A program made the translations under genes and the position numbers. A DNA stretch of 64,000 nucleotides from Calcarisporiella thermophila CBS 279.70. Lineage: Eukaryota > Fungi > Calcarisporiellomycota. A model generated the notes under the pieces. The model made no database searches and was not told where the DNA came from. It saw nothing but the letters and a program-made list of their open reading frames with translations. This document shows positions 13,734 to 28,185 of the stretch, in pieces (position 1 is the first letter of the stretch; each line of letters starts with the position of its first letter). Where the stretch lies: positions 346,060-410,059 of the forward strand of contig NW_027192201.1 of assembly GCF_041956535.1 (NCBI RefSeq), in the 5' to 3' direction.

Positions 13734-13905
13734 CTATATAAAACCTAAAGGGTAGATGGATTTATTAATATCCAGCCAGGTTGTTACATTAATAAAGAGA
13801 TAGATAGTTTGTTTCTTGGTAATATAAAAACAGTGGTTATCACTACAAAAGCCAGGCTAAAAACATAGTATAAACAGTCTTAGCAAGGTATTTCATAAGA
13901 ATGTC

Positions 13906-14817
13906 TTATATAATCATGTGGGCAGGTATTGAAAGTAGCTCTTTGGCATTCATGTCAAATGGAAGAGTGATTGACACGGAATTCGAAATACTCGTCACCT
14001 CATGATAAAATCCAGGAGGTGTATAGAGGACATCACCCGGACTTAGGTCCACAACCCAAAGCTCTGACTTCGACATTTCAGGCCAGCGCGATAGTACATT
14101 ATAGACACTCGCTGTGATTTCTTCAACTGTACGCTTGATTGCATGATGACTAAAGCATTTTCCGAGCCCTCGCACCCTACTTAAATGAGTTGGTCCTGAC
14201 ACACCATTGCATGGATAAGGACGCACACCATCCTCTTCGGGAGATTGGAGCACAAACCGCTTCTCACCTGAAAGCTGAACAAGCAGGCCATGGCATCTGT
14301 CATAGTGCAAAGGAGTCACGCAGCCCGCAGTGCTAATCCATATACGCGTTAATTCAGCCCGAATTATGTCTTTCTCATTCTCACCGAAAAATTTGTTAGA
14401 CAGCTCCGAAATACCAACGTGTTTCTGGAGCATATGTTCGGTTAATTTTCCTCGGTAATAGAATCGCTCTTCATTTACTCCACCATTGAGCACGCTCTCG
14501 AGCGTAACTTGTCTCTTTACGGCAAATTCTTCATTGTCTAGGAAATTCTCCTTATCAAGCGCCTCTAGAACTTCTATCATAGAGTTCATATCATTTTTCG
14601 ACTCCTTATTCAAATACTGTATGATCTCTTCAGCGAGAAAATGCGGGCTTGACCATTTCATCAGGTTAGCTTTGGAAATCAGCCCGCGCAATAGCACAGG
14701 CCGTTTCCCACGATATCGGTGTTGAAAGAGTTCGGGACTTAACTGATGCGCGCTTAGGGTGTCAACTGCGCGCGGTCTTAGAAATGAGCCCGACAAAAGC
14801 GCGTCGCCTGCCGTCAT
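13906..14817 (-). CDS. JmjC/cupin-8 2-oxoglutarate oxygenase, intronless
   Basis: RPVLLRG, WISTAGCVTPLHYD (HxD), GEKRF, PGDVLYTPPGFYHEV (distal His). Confidence 0.88.
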   Translation of the reverse strand: MTAGDALLSGSFLRPRAVDTLSAHQLSPELFQHRYRGKRPVLLRGLISKANLMKWSSPHFLAEEIIQYLNKESKNDMNSMIEVLEALDKENFLDNEEFAVKRQVTLESVLNGGVNEERFYYRGKLTEHMLQKHVGISELSNKFFGENEKDIIRAELTRIWISTAGCVTPLHYDRCHGLLVQLSGEKRFVLQSPEEDGVRPYPCNGVSGPTHLSRVRGLGKCFSHHAIKRTVEEITASVYNVLSRWPEMSKSELWVVDLSPGDVLYTPPGFYHEVTSISNSVSITLPFDMNAKELLSIPAHMII

Positions 14818-15090
14818 AGCAAAGCCTAAAACAGTTTAGTTCCTCCATAGATCTACATTTGTTTATTTGAATGATTTCACTTGTTGCGGGCAGCATCTTT
14901 CGAACTCCGCAAGTAAGGTGAAGCGCGTTCCTGGATATACCTTCGCATATTGCCGCCGCGCGATCTATCACGTCTTGATCGTCCAACTCCTGATTTAGGC
15001 TACTTGGCGAACAAATCTATTGCTTTTACACGCTCCCCTTAGTTTCAATTTAATAATGATAGCAATACCCTAAGCCTATTTGTTCGTGTA

Positions 15091-18000
15091 ATGGAAGTGT
15101 TTGTTGTGAAATCTGCTGGAGATGCAAAACCTCCAACCCCACCCATCATCCGAAGCACCGCGCCAGCGAATCCAGCACCATCAACAGGAAGTACTGGCAG
15201 GAGGCGAGCTAGAAAATCAGAGATAATGAAAGTCACTCCTCTCGTAAGCCATTTTTTACAACTTTTACAGATAGAGATCATTCTTGAATGCAATGAAAGA
15301 ACCACTCACATTGGCTGCATATTCACCCATTTAGCTTGAATTAGAGCGCATTTTAGGACTCACATCTTCTAGTTCCGCCTGTATCGCAACTGCACCTGCT
15401 CTCGATCTTCTGGCGTATGCCGCTGGATCTGTCACTGTGCTTTATAACCACCGCAAGAACAAGCAAATCCGATTTCTAAATGCCGACAGCTCTGTATCAA
15501 TTACTTGTCCCTCTCCAGCACAAAATGGAACCTGGTCATCTAGCTCGGGAGTCAGTCCTCTTAATCGAATGAATGAACCAGGCTCTTCCAACAATACCCC
15601 CAATACTACTAGCTCAAAAAATCCTGCAAATCAACGACCCAAGCCGATTGTGAGCCTGGCGTTCTCTCCAGATGGGGAGTATCTGGCCGTTGGTGAAGTA
15701 AGAGGGATGTTCCTGTAGACATATTCCTAGCTTTTAACAATTATCTTATATAGACTGGGCACCAACCGCGGATATTAGTATGGGAAGTGAAAACTGGCAA
15801 TCTTATGATGGAAATGCGGGGTCATAAATATGGCGTTCTTGCTCTCGCTTTCTCTCCACAGTCAAAGTTTTTGATATCACTAGGATATCAGGTATATGTG
15901 TTATCTACTTGATTCTGTTACATTCCTTACACTAATGAGTATTTGATAGCACGACGGTTTCTTGAATGTCTGGAATTGGAGGACCGGCCAAACAGTTGCG
16001 TGTAATCGAGTCACTTCAAAAGTATCTATTGCATTGACGCAATCCATTTAGCAAACACCTAACCGACTTTTCCAAATTTTATTAGGTCAATGCTATCTCT
16101 TTTTCACGAGACGGTACTTATTTCGTAACAGCTGGTCTCCGACACTTTAAATATTGGTATCTCGACTCGAAGAAAAACAGCACGAATGCCCCGAAGAGTC
16201 AAACGCAGAGCCGTCAGATCCTGGATGGTCGCAATGGAATCTTGGGGGATTTTAAGAACCACAACTATGTCGATGTTGCATGTTGTAAGATATCAGATAA
16301 CGCCTACTGTGTTACAGCCGATGGAATATTGTGTTTGTTGAACGAAGAAAGATCCATGGATAAATGGGTTGATCTCCAGGTGAAATTTTCTCCTATCTAT
16401 TTTTTTCGACACTGGTGGTGGCAAAGCTTATAGGGGTGTTTTTATCTTGTTATTTACAGGTGACAACAGCATATTCGATTGACGTATCAAATCAGTATGT
16501 TGTTTGTGCATGCTCAGACGGTATTATTCGGTAAGCAGAATTAGTTTTCATCGCAAAGCTTATCCTTCCGCTAATAATTTTGTACGGTAACTACCAAGCC
16601 TCTTTGAGCCAGTGACCCTCGTTTATCGGGGAACTCTCCCAAAACCTCATCCTCTCGGTATCGATATTACAAAGCAATTTGGAGAGTCATATCCAAGTAG
16701 TCGACAGGACGACATTTATCCTGACACAATCGCTACATGTCTAGACGACTCTATTGGCAAAGTATTTGCGATCTACAGTGATCGCAGTTTGTTTATTTGG
16801 GACATCAATGACATTAGCAAGATTAGGAAATACAGGAGCTTTTTGTTCCATAGTGAATGTGTGTGGGGCGTAGAGGTATATTTTAGCTAAATGCCGTCTC
16901 TACCCATATTGTATTTACTATTGTTTATTTATAGATGCTTCCGATACATGATTCTCCACAGAGTAGCCGTAGTTCCAACCATAGGCGATTGCCAATGGTT
17001 GGCAATTTTGTCAGCTATTCAGCCGATGGCACCGCTCGCTTTTGGAATATTGATTCGCTTAATCCCAAAGATCCAAACTCGAACGTCGAGGCTAACGTAA
17101 AATCAACCTCGGCTGAAAACAACCAAAATAAATCCTCCAATAGTGCCTTACGAAGAAACATCTATAGCAAGGAAATGGTCAATATGTTATTTATTGATCC
17201 GGAGAGCGCAGAGGGAATGAGGCGAAAGGAAAATGGTAATTTAAGAAATTTTGGTCACATTAATATATATTAATATTTTTAGTTATTACTTAGAATTCTT
17301 GGATCAAAATACATCCATCACAGGACCTGATTACGGTATTCGCGCACTGAGGATAAGCTCTGATGGCAAATTAATGGCAACAGGAGATCGCGCTGGAAAC
17401 CTGAGGTGAGTAACTATACATGTTGTTTTTCCAGTTTCTCTATTAATAAAACCTCACTTTTTCTTATATGATTAGGGTTCATAATCTTGAGACATTCGAG
17501 CTAATCACCTATCAAGAAGCTCATGACGCTGAGATAATGACTATCGACTTCACGCGGCCTAGACGAGAGGGTTAGAAATCGAACAGAATACTGAAACTTT
17601 TGATCACAGCGCCTTATTTTTTCTTACAATTTTAGAGGAGCCTTATTATATTGCAACGGCTAGCCGAGATCGTCTATTGCATGTCTTCGATATTCGTCAA
17701 AATTATCGGTTGTTGCAGACGATGGACGACCACTCGTCATCCATAACGGCGGTGAAGTTCTCTGATGATGGAAGCCGGCTTGTTAGCTGTGGAGCTGATA
17801 AGAGCATTATTTTCCGGTGCTTCTTGGAGGTATATGGATTTTATCTAAGGTGTATTTGCTCAGAATACTAATTCATATATGGAACCTAGAACGAGGATCC
17901 CCCTTATGCAACTTACCATAATAGTAGCGGTCGAGCGACCGTATTTGACATGGATATGAGTAATCTTCATCGGTATATTGCCACTGTATCCAGTGATAGG

Positions 18001-20679
18001 CGATTCAATCTGTTCTCAATCGACTCTGGCAAACCTGTTAAAACCTACAAGCCGGATACAGTTGATGAGCTCTCCAATGGCGTCGAAGGTGGATCACTCA
18101 TCAGGATATCCCTCGATCCCTCTGGAACATTTGCAGTTGCATGCAGCTCCGACAAGAGTATCCGTCTTTTTGATATTCGTACGGGGCATTGCCTCACCCG
18201 GGTGATGGGACACTCAGAGCTTGTAACCTGTGTCAAATTCTCACAAGATTGCTCGCGCGTAATCAGTACGAGCTCGGATGGGTGCATTTTCATCTGGCGA
18301 TTACGACCGGAATTTGTGCGCAAAATTCAGCAAAGAATCGCCGAGAGATCCGAGGGAGAGCGTCGATCGATGTCGCCCCAGCTTGGAAGCGCAGAAAATG
18401 AGTCCATTGAATGCGATAGCAGTAGTAAAAAAGACCCAATAAATCAGCATAAACAAGTGCGTCGTACATCAAGCATTGTGCTGCGAAAGGCTCCGCGCAC
18501 CTCTTTAACATCACTCTCACCAACGGAACGGAAGAACGACGACCTCTATAACCGCCTATCTTCTTCCGTCTCAGCCACCACCAGCACCTCCACTACAACT
18601 CAGAGAAAGAGATCGGGCAGCGCTAGTGAGGGTGGGAAAATCACCTCTAGCCCTCAGACCATTTCTCATCACTCAAACGTAAGACGGAGTCGCGAAAGTT
18701 TAGCACCTGAGGATAGAAGGCAAAGGCGTACAAGCATGCCACCAAGTCGAGGCAAAGAGGACCCAACTGTGAGCGACCGTGGGGAAGGGGGCGGGCCAGT
18801 CAAGCGTGGGGGTGTAATGGCACCTACTAAATCATGGAAACAAAAAACAGCAGATAACCAGCCATTCAGTATTAGCCGCCGGGCTCCTGCCGAGTCCACC
18901 AAAGTTCCAAACGATGTGGATAGTCTATACGCTCCAAGTGTGACTACGCCTAACACCAGCCCGGCGGTTGATACGCAAAGAGAGCCGCTTTTCTCGGAGT
19001 CCGTAAACCGCTCCTGTGATGAAGAGCATCAAGGAGCCTCCTTAGAAACTGACACAGAGCAGAGAGATTGTGTGTACCAACAGGATCCAATGACTTCGCC
19101 GGCTGAGACCCGTTCTTCTTCTATGCCTGAAGAGCAGCAGTATACGAGCCAAAATGTGAAGCCACCGTCACGCACCTCTGGATCAGAAGGCGACTCGGAA
19201 GACAATGAGTTAACTGCTTCTGAATACTCTCTTGAGGATGATGGAGATGAATCCGATTCGGATGGTGTGGATGACGTATTGTTAGAAGATGCATTAGCGC
19301 TGGATTTAACTGGACAATTCCCGGTCACACCACTACCAAGACGCTCCGTTGTTCGACGGTTTAGTAAACAATTGGAGGATGGGGACTCATTGCCTGGCCA
19401 AAACGACGAAGATAAAGATGAGGATAATGATGGAGAAACAACCCCTTGTGGCGATAGGACCTCTGACGACGAAGACGAAGGGTCTCTCGTGGATAAATCA
19501 AAGCACTCTCGACTTGGAAAGTCTTCACATCGATTCTCGCGGCTGTTGCAAGAAGACGACGATAACGAGGATATAAGTAAGAAACTGGAATTGTATCTGC
19601 AACAGCCCCACGAATACAGGACCACCACACCCGCTCACTCGGTATCTGCCACCCCGCGGCCACCTAGCTCGTCGTCTACGGCCACCGATCAGCATACGCC
19701 TGGTTCTGCTTCAACTCCTGGGTTATCCGATAGCGCAAAGAAGCGGCTTAGCTTTTCATCGATGTTTTACCTCTCTTCAGAGGAGGAGCCCAAGAACGGG
19801 TTAAAGAAATATAGCGTGCCCTTTTCGATTCGGCTGGCTGAGGCCGCAGAAGAGCACCGCACGACAGTGGGGCAGCACCTACCAACAAGCCCTCTACCGG
19901 AAGAGGAGAGTGTGTTCCACTCACCCACACCGAATCCCGCCGCCGCAAAACCAGACCAACTGATAGACGGAGGATTTGGCCATAAAACCTTCATTAAAAC
20001 TGGTAATAGAAAAAGGGAACTGGGCTTGGCAGAGAAAGAAAGCGCTAGGCGAAGGTTGGCATCCATCGGCCTTTTGCCCCCTACGCCCAAACACTCTTCT
20101 ATTAAAAGGGATGAGGATGGGCAAGGGTCTAAGCAGGAAACATCCACTGCAAGGACACAAAAGGAGCTCAAACCGATTGAAAAGAAAGAGGAGAAAAACG
20201 AAGATGGCTCATCGGAGATACCACAAGAAGCGGTAGAGGAGAGGTTGAAAACAACGGGTAAATATACACTTCCACCCTAATACCCACTGGTTAAAAAAAT
20301 TTATTCGTATGCATTACTTCGCTTAGCAGGTGAAAATAAAATCGACCCAGTAGAAAGTGCGGAGAGGGATACGGCCAAAGAAAATATTATCGACGTGCTC
20401 GAAGCCAAGCTTGAGGAAGTTGCCTCTCTCGTTGAGGACACTCTCTCCAACTACACCTCTCTACTTTCCACAAGGCCTGATGCTATCTCTCGTGTGGAAA
20501 ACAGGCTCTCTGAGATTGTAGAGAAAATCAGGTATCGTGCAACAATCCCTAGTAAGTCAGCCTCGGTCACGGATACAGCCAGTCCCGAAAACCCCATCAT
20601 TCATGCAATGCTGGAGAGTTACTCGGAACAACTGTTACGCTTGGTGAGCGATAAATTGGAGAAGGTCGGAAATAATTAA
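15091..20679 (+). CDS. WD40 protein, MAPKBP1/WDR62 family
   Basis: [20 protein letters not shown]|[57 protein letters not shown]; long low-complexity C-terminus; many introns. Confidence 0.88.
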
Positions 20680-20903
20680 AGGCACCCATCTCACTTTATC
20701 ATTTTTAACCTTGATTTACACTACCAAATTTTTTTATAATGCCACTATTTCATTACTCTGTTACCATCACATTCCCCCACTGTTACTTATTTTAACACCT
20801 TTTCACTTCGTTCACTCTTTGATCACTTCAATACATATGAGTTAAAGTGATAAATGGAAATTCTGATTTATACTGAACAATTTATACAATGCAAATGTTT
20901 TTT

Positions 20904-22609
<1,706 letters not shown>

Positions 22610-22769
22610 CGTAGAGAAAGGGTATTAAGATACTGTTTAATGATGTTAAATCCCTCAATTATAGAATGTGACTTGCCAAGGTTTTCAATATCAGCCAATT
22701 GCACGTCACTACTCCGATTAACATCATCCCAGAGTGGCCTTTAGGGATAAAAGGATTAACTAGGGAAGA

Positions 22770-25561
22770 ATGAATTTGGAAGGCGCGTCGATATCCGAAG
22801 ACTTGACGCCCGAAACGAGTGATATTGTACTCCCGAACCAGCATGAGCATGTGTCACAGATTGCCGTCGATGTAAACGCATAAACCACTCACTGTGCTAT
22901 CCACACACATTTAACCCCATTTTCCAACATTGCCATTAACAGATTGGCGGCTCCTTGGTCAAACTAGTGTACTTCACCCTCCGCCCTAATGGGAGCGAAG
23001 GGGGACGTCTGAATTTTGTAAAGTTTGAAACAGAACATATTGACCGATGCATCGAATTCATCCGCAAACTTCTTTCCGAGAGAAAAGACAATGAGAAAGT
23101 GGTTATCAAAGCAACCGGTGGTGGAGCATACTTGTTTTACGATAAATTTAGGAACGAGCTTGGAGTAGAAATCGAGAAGGAGGATGAGATGGAATGCCTT
23201 ATAAGAGGTCCTCAAAAGAAAACCCTTCAGTAGATAAGCCCAATATTCCTAACTCCGTTGCGTGGTTTCTGTGTTAGGTCTGAACTTTTTCATCACCGAG
23301 GTTCCCTATGAGGTCTTCACTCATAACAAAAATGATCCCATGATTTTTGAAGACTCACCTAGTCCCAACGAAATGTTTCCTTTCCTGGTGAATCGACATG
23401 GGCTTTTATCAATGTTTTGCTCTGTAATGTTACTGACTTCTGCGGTATTATAGCTTGTCAACATTGGCTCTGGTGTGAGCATTATCAAAGTGACAAATTA
23501 CGACGAGTTTGAACGTATTAGCGGAACATCGGTTAGTATGCGCCTCATACTTTCTTTTCTGGTTGCGACGGCTTAAGATTTTTAATTGTATCCAGCTTGG
23601 AGGAGGAACTTTTTGGGGGCTAGCCTCATTGCTAACCGAATCAAAAAGTTTTGATGAGATGCTTGAACTCTCCAACCGTGGAAATAACCGAAATGTAGAC
23701 ATGCTTGTGGGCGATATATATGGGACAGATTATTCCAAAATCGGGTTGAAATCCACCGTGATCGCGTCTTCAATGGGCAAAGTGTTCAACAGGAAAAGGA
23801 AGCAACAGGAGAAATTTCGCCCAGAGGATATTGCAAGCTCGTTACTGTACATGGTTAGGTACTTGCTCCATCCTTTGCCTTCCTACTCTGCCTATCATTT
23901 TATAGTTTATTTTCTTTCAGCAACAATATTGGGCAAATAGCCTATTTAAATGCAAAAGCACACAACATCAAAAGGATCTACTTTGGAGGATTCTTCATAA
24001 GAGGTTTAACGCAACTTGGACATCCCCTGTTTCATCATTATTTAACTCACGCGTTCTCTAACTCTTCTCATAGGCCACCCCATCACCATGCAAACTCTCT
24101 CCTTTGCCAAAAATTTTTGGTCCAAAGGCGAGGTCAAGGCGCTTTTTCTCCGACATGAGGGTTATCTTGGTGCGGTGGGGGCTTTTCTCAAGTTTGATAC
24201 ACGCCGCCCTCGCCGGTCCTTCTCCTTCTCTGAAAATTTCACCATTGCACATAAGATTACCAATGATTCCCTCAACGCGTATGGCGTGCTCGATCAGATG
24301 CCGTTACGATTGGTTATTTTTCCTAGGCTTACTAACGACTATCACCCGGACACGGTTGAGCTGACAGAACCCACTGCACAGAGGAGGTTGCTTGATAACT
24401 TGGAGAAAAATTTGAACAGTTTGCTAGAAGTAGTTGAGAAAGATGGGAAAGAAGAGGCCGTGTTGCGAAAACGTCTGGTAACTTTCAGTGGCCTCTTTCG
24501 TGCACACCTCACTCGACTTCGTGAGCAACCAAACATGTACGGGAACTTGAGCGTACGAAGCATACTGAACCTGCGAGAACAATGCCTGCGCGAAATTGGG
24601 TGCCCTGACATTTTCGCGAATATTAAAAGGAGAGAAAACCGAGATTCATTGGAAGTGTTGCCAGCTATGCTAAGGAGACTAGATGAGATTCATCCGGAAG
24701 AGGAGAGGTTGAGAGAGATGATCCATAATATTCTGGCTGGTACGAGCACTTGTTGTCCAAAGACGAAAACTCCACTCATATGCTATTTTCAACTATTTTC
24801 ATTACATATTACATAGGTAACATGTTCGACTGGGGTTCAACGAAAATCCTCGAGATGCTTTGTGCAGGCACAATGGACTTCAAAGACGCCCAGCAAAAAA
24901 TTCTCTATTCGCCCGAGCTAACAAACACGCAATTCCTAATTGAGCGTCTCTCGCGCAAGCCTTATCGCAAGGTAGTTATCTTCGTGGACAATAGTGGCGC
25001 TGATATCGTGCTCGGGATATTTCCATTTGCTAGACATTTGCTATCGAAGGGCACCAAAGTGATATTGGCAGCGAACACTTACCCGGCAGTGAATGATGTG
25101 ACGGTAAATTCATAATTGCCTATTGGATTAATGAAGAAAAGAAATAACGATTTATTTCTCATGCCTAGTATGACGAATTAATTCAACTAGTGATCGAAGT
25201 TGCAAAGATGGATGAGATGATTTCTTCGGCATGGGAGTGCCAACAACTCGAGGTGTTCGGTACAGGTAGCTCTAACCCGTGCCTCGATCTCAGCCGAATC
25301 AGTGAAGATTTGGCTGAAGCTTGCCGGGATGTTGATTTAGTTGTTCTCGAGGTATGCAAACGCTATTTATACTTTGAGACACTGGCTGCTATTTGAAACT
25401 GATGTTGTTAGGGTATGGGTCGAGCAATTCATACGAATTACCACGCTGCGTTCCAGTGTGATTCCTTGAAGATTGCAGTGATAAAGAGCGATATCGCGGC
25501 AAGCGTACTTAATGCGCGGCTCTACGATGCGCTCGTGTTATGGGAAGAGCCAAAAGCCTAA
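22770..25561 (+). CDS. Type II pantothenate kinase fused to DUF89/ARMT1 phosphatase (PANK4-type architecture)
   Basis: AVD|[57 protein letters not shown]; C-terminal [30 protein letters not shown]. Confidence 0.93.
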
Positions 25562-25739
25562 GAGCAGCGAGGCCGCTCCGATCTGGAAATGATCGATTAC
25601 GAGGTCACGCTGCACACGCCTTCGCCTCATCTGATATATTAAGTAATAAACCGATTGTATCTCCTTATTGAATTTCGTCAGCATTGTGCAAAGCACGTCA
25701 ATGCACAATGCGGAGGGTAATTTGGTGCAAAAAGGAAAG

Positions 25740-25747
25740 CAGTCACA
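25740..25747 (+). promoter_or_regulatory. Homol-D-like box upstream of candidate ncRNA
   Basis: Perfect CAGTCACA, about 800 bp from the nearest downstream protein start. Confidence 0.45.
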
Positions 25748-25789
25748 GAAACGGGCACAAAAGACATTTGCCGCTGTGAATTTAAGACA

Positions 25790-26295
25790 AATTGATATCG
25801 GGATCTGGAAAAGGGTCCCTTGATCCAACTCGGATGAAAAGCGCTTCAACCAACGGGTTCTCAAACAGCTGGGAAATGCCTGGGCTGGACCTGGGCAGGA
25901 CAGAGCGCGGCTTGCTCAGTGCAGAGCAGCTAAGCGGAAATGTCTTGGGAGGAGCTCGATCCTCCTTAAGACGATTTCCCTTTCGGGCTATTTTAGACTC
26001 ACAAACCCTCGGGCGCAGCTTGTCAAGATGAGCAAGATTTGCCCTCAGGTAAGGCCGAGTGTTTTCCGCTCGTGAGCGCAGGATTTGGAAGCGTTTTCCC
26101 CAGCCTTGCTCTGATAGAGTTCCCCGTGGTGGGGCATTATGCAGCAAGCACCTTCAAGGTTCTCCCACCCGCCCGCCTCAAAAACAGTCAAGGTCAAGTG
26201 TCTCCCGCTAAACGCACGCCATCCGTAAAGCTAAATAGGAATGCGCGCTGTTGGTTGTGGGACGTGAAAAGGAAAGGATAGCACATAGCTGAGAT
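25790..26295 (+). ncRNA. Candidate unannotated structured non-coding RNA (identity and ends uncertain)
   Basis: GC-rich intergenic island with nested complementary segments (25847-25856/26248-26257; 25868-25879/26091-26104; 25933-25940/26063-26070; several hairpins), preceded by CAGTCACA at 25740. Confidence 0.45.
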
Positions 26296-26573
26296 TTGGC
26301 CAAGGTGAAACTCAATCGTCATTCAGCAACCCTAAGTGAAAGATTTAAAATGCATCCCGTGAGCAATGTTAACAATTAAAAAAGTAAAAAATGTCAGGAT
26401 TTGGTTTCCGACGGGCAAATATTTTCTATAAATCCATTCAAGTGGACCTTCCCAGTTGCCAATCGCCTCTGTGATCCCTTCAAACAAAATCCACAACCTC
26501 TTTGCTCGAATCGTTTTTTCTTCCTGCCCATTTTTTTTTTCTATATCAACTCCCCCGGCTCATATATAACAAA

Positions 26574-27865
26574 ATGCCCAGCGACAATTGTGCAATTGCA
26601 TGGATATTGACATTTGCAACCAGTGCAGCCTGCATATCTGGGGGTTAGAATTTTCATTCACACAGGCTCATTCTACTAATCATGGCTAATGCTTTTTCCT
26701 TTTCTCTCTGCAGCCTCTATGCTCTTCTTGGACAAGATTGTAATGAAATTCACAAATGTCCAAGGGCAGCATCGTGATAGCTGGATCAAGAGTCCCTCTT
26801 TTACCTCTTGCTCGTTGTCTTTATCTGCCGGTGTTATGGTAACTTACATAGAAATAGAAGCGTAGGGGGGGAATCACTCTTATCCTCTTCTTTATTTTTT
26901 TTTTCAAAACCTTCCAGATTTTTTCATCCTTTAACATCTTGCTTCCTAATGCTCGCTCCTCTTTTGAACATTCTCTTATGATGCACGAAATTACCGCAGG
27001 AGTTGCCACTCTTGGTCTTTACTTTGTCGGAATTATAGGAATGGCACTTCTCAATTCTTTATTATGCTCCAAACACATACACAATCACGATCAATTGAAA
27101 ATCGAATCAGGTACCGGCAGAAAACCTTCATTTAGTTATGGTAGCATTCCTCCAAATCCACCCAGCGTTTCATCTGAGAGGACGAAACTACTGAGGGAGG
27201 AGACTGTGGAACTAGAATCACAAGTGGATGAGCAGGCCCAGAGAGAACACTTACGGCGGATGGGTTTCCAGACAGCACTTGCTATCTCGCTACACAAGTT
27301 TCCAGGTAGATAGAGAATCCCTCTGTTGGCTGTGGATAGTATGCTAACTTTTTGCCTCTTCAGAGGGGCTATTTACATTTCTTTCGACTACTTCTTCACC
27401 AACCCTTGGCTTTTCGCTCTTCCTTCCAATCGCAGTACACAATTTTGTTGAGGGAGTTACCATTGCGCTTCCCCTTTATATCGGTACGGGCTCACGCCGT
27501 ACAGCCTTCTTCTATACAATTCTCATGGGCGGCCTTAGTCAACCGCTTGGAGCTTTGATAGGGGCTGTATCCATGTGGTGGCTCGGTGAGAAATTTCGTG
27601 ATGGACTACGGCCTATTATCATTGTGATGATTCCAATTATTTTTGCAATTGTGAGCGGGATGATGTGCTATATCGCAATTCAGGTATTGTTTCTATTGGG
27701 CTGCTTTTGCTTCATGATATAATCTCTTATCTCGGTTTCTTTATTGTTCAATAGAGCATGCTACCTTATGCAGTTAAAAATGACCATAAAGGAAAGTTCG
27801 TTGCGTACGGGTTCTTCTCTGGGATTGCTATTATGGGGCTTATTTCAGCTCTATTGAATGAATGA
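26574..27865 (+). CDS. ZIP-family zinc/iron permease
   Basis: SLSAGVM, His-rich loop HIHNHD, AISLHKFPEG, IAVHNFVEG, GLSQPLGA; multi-exon. Confidence 0.9.
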
Positions 27866-28185
27866 TCCCTCTTCTTCCCCCATGCTTTTGTACATAACTT
27901 TTGTATTAGCTTTGCTGTGGTATAATTTTGATGCTTGCATTTGCTCTATTTTTACCTTTCCCTTTTTATTATTGCTTTTTTTCTCCATTGAAAAACAAAA
28001 CAGATCATTAGGTTTTATTTCGTATTTATCCCTATTGTGCCTATTTTATTTTTTTTTTCGAGCCGAGAAATTTTTATAATAAAGTAATATAGAATGCTGC
28101 GCCAATTTCTCTCGAAAGAAAACCATCTTCCAAGAGAGTATCAAGTCCCTCCTTTCTTTTTTACATTACATCCATCCGTCTAGCA

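Noticed and set aside
25784-25838. U3-like 5' end (AAGAC...GGGATC...GGATGA)
   Set aside because: Boxes A/A' (TACTT, GGATCATTTCT) and B/C not convincingly present.
26046-26053. U1-like CTTACCTG on the minus strand
   Set aside because: Internal to a stem, not preceded by ATA, and spacing of other motifs does not fit U1.
25538-26281. Short ORFs (79-121 aa) in the PanK-ZIP spacer
   Set aside because: Overlapping on both strands, non-ATG or weak starts, no recognisable domains.
26263-26285. U6atac-like GTGAAAAGGAAAGGATAGCAC
   Set aside because: Lacks the AAGGAGA box and the internal stem-loop that follows AGCAC.
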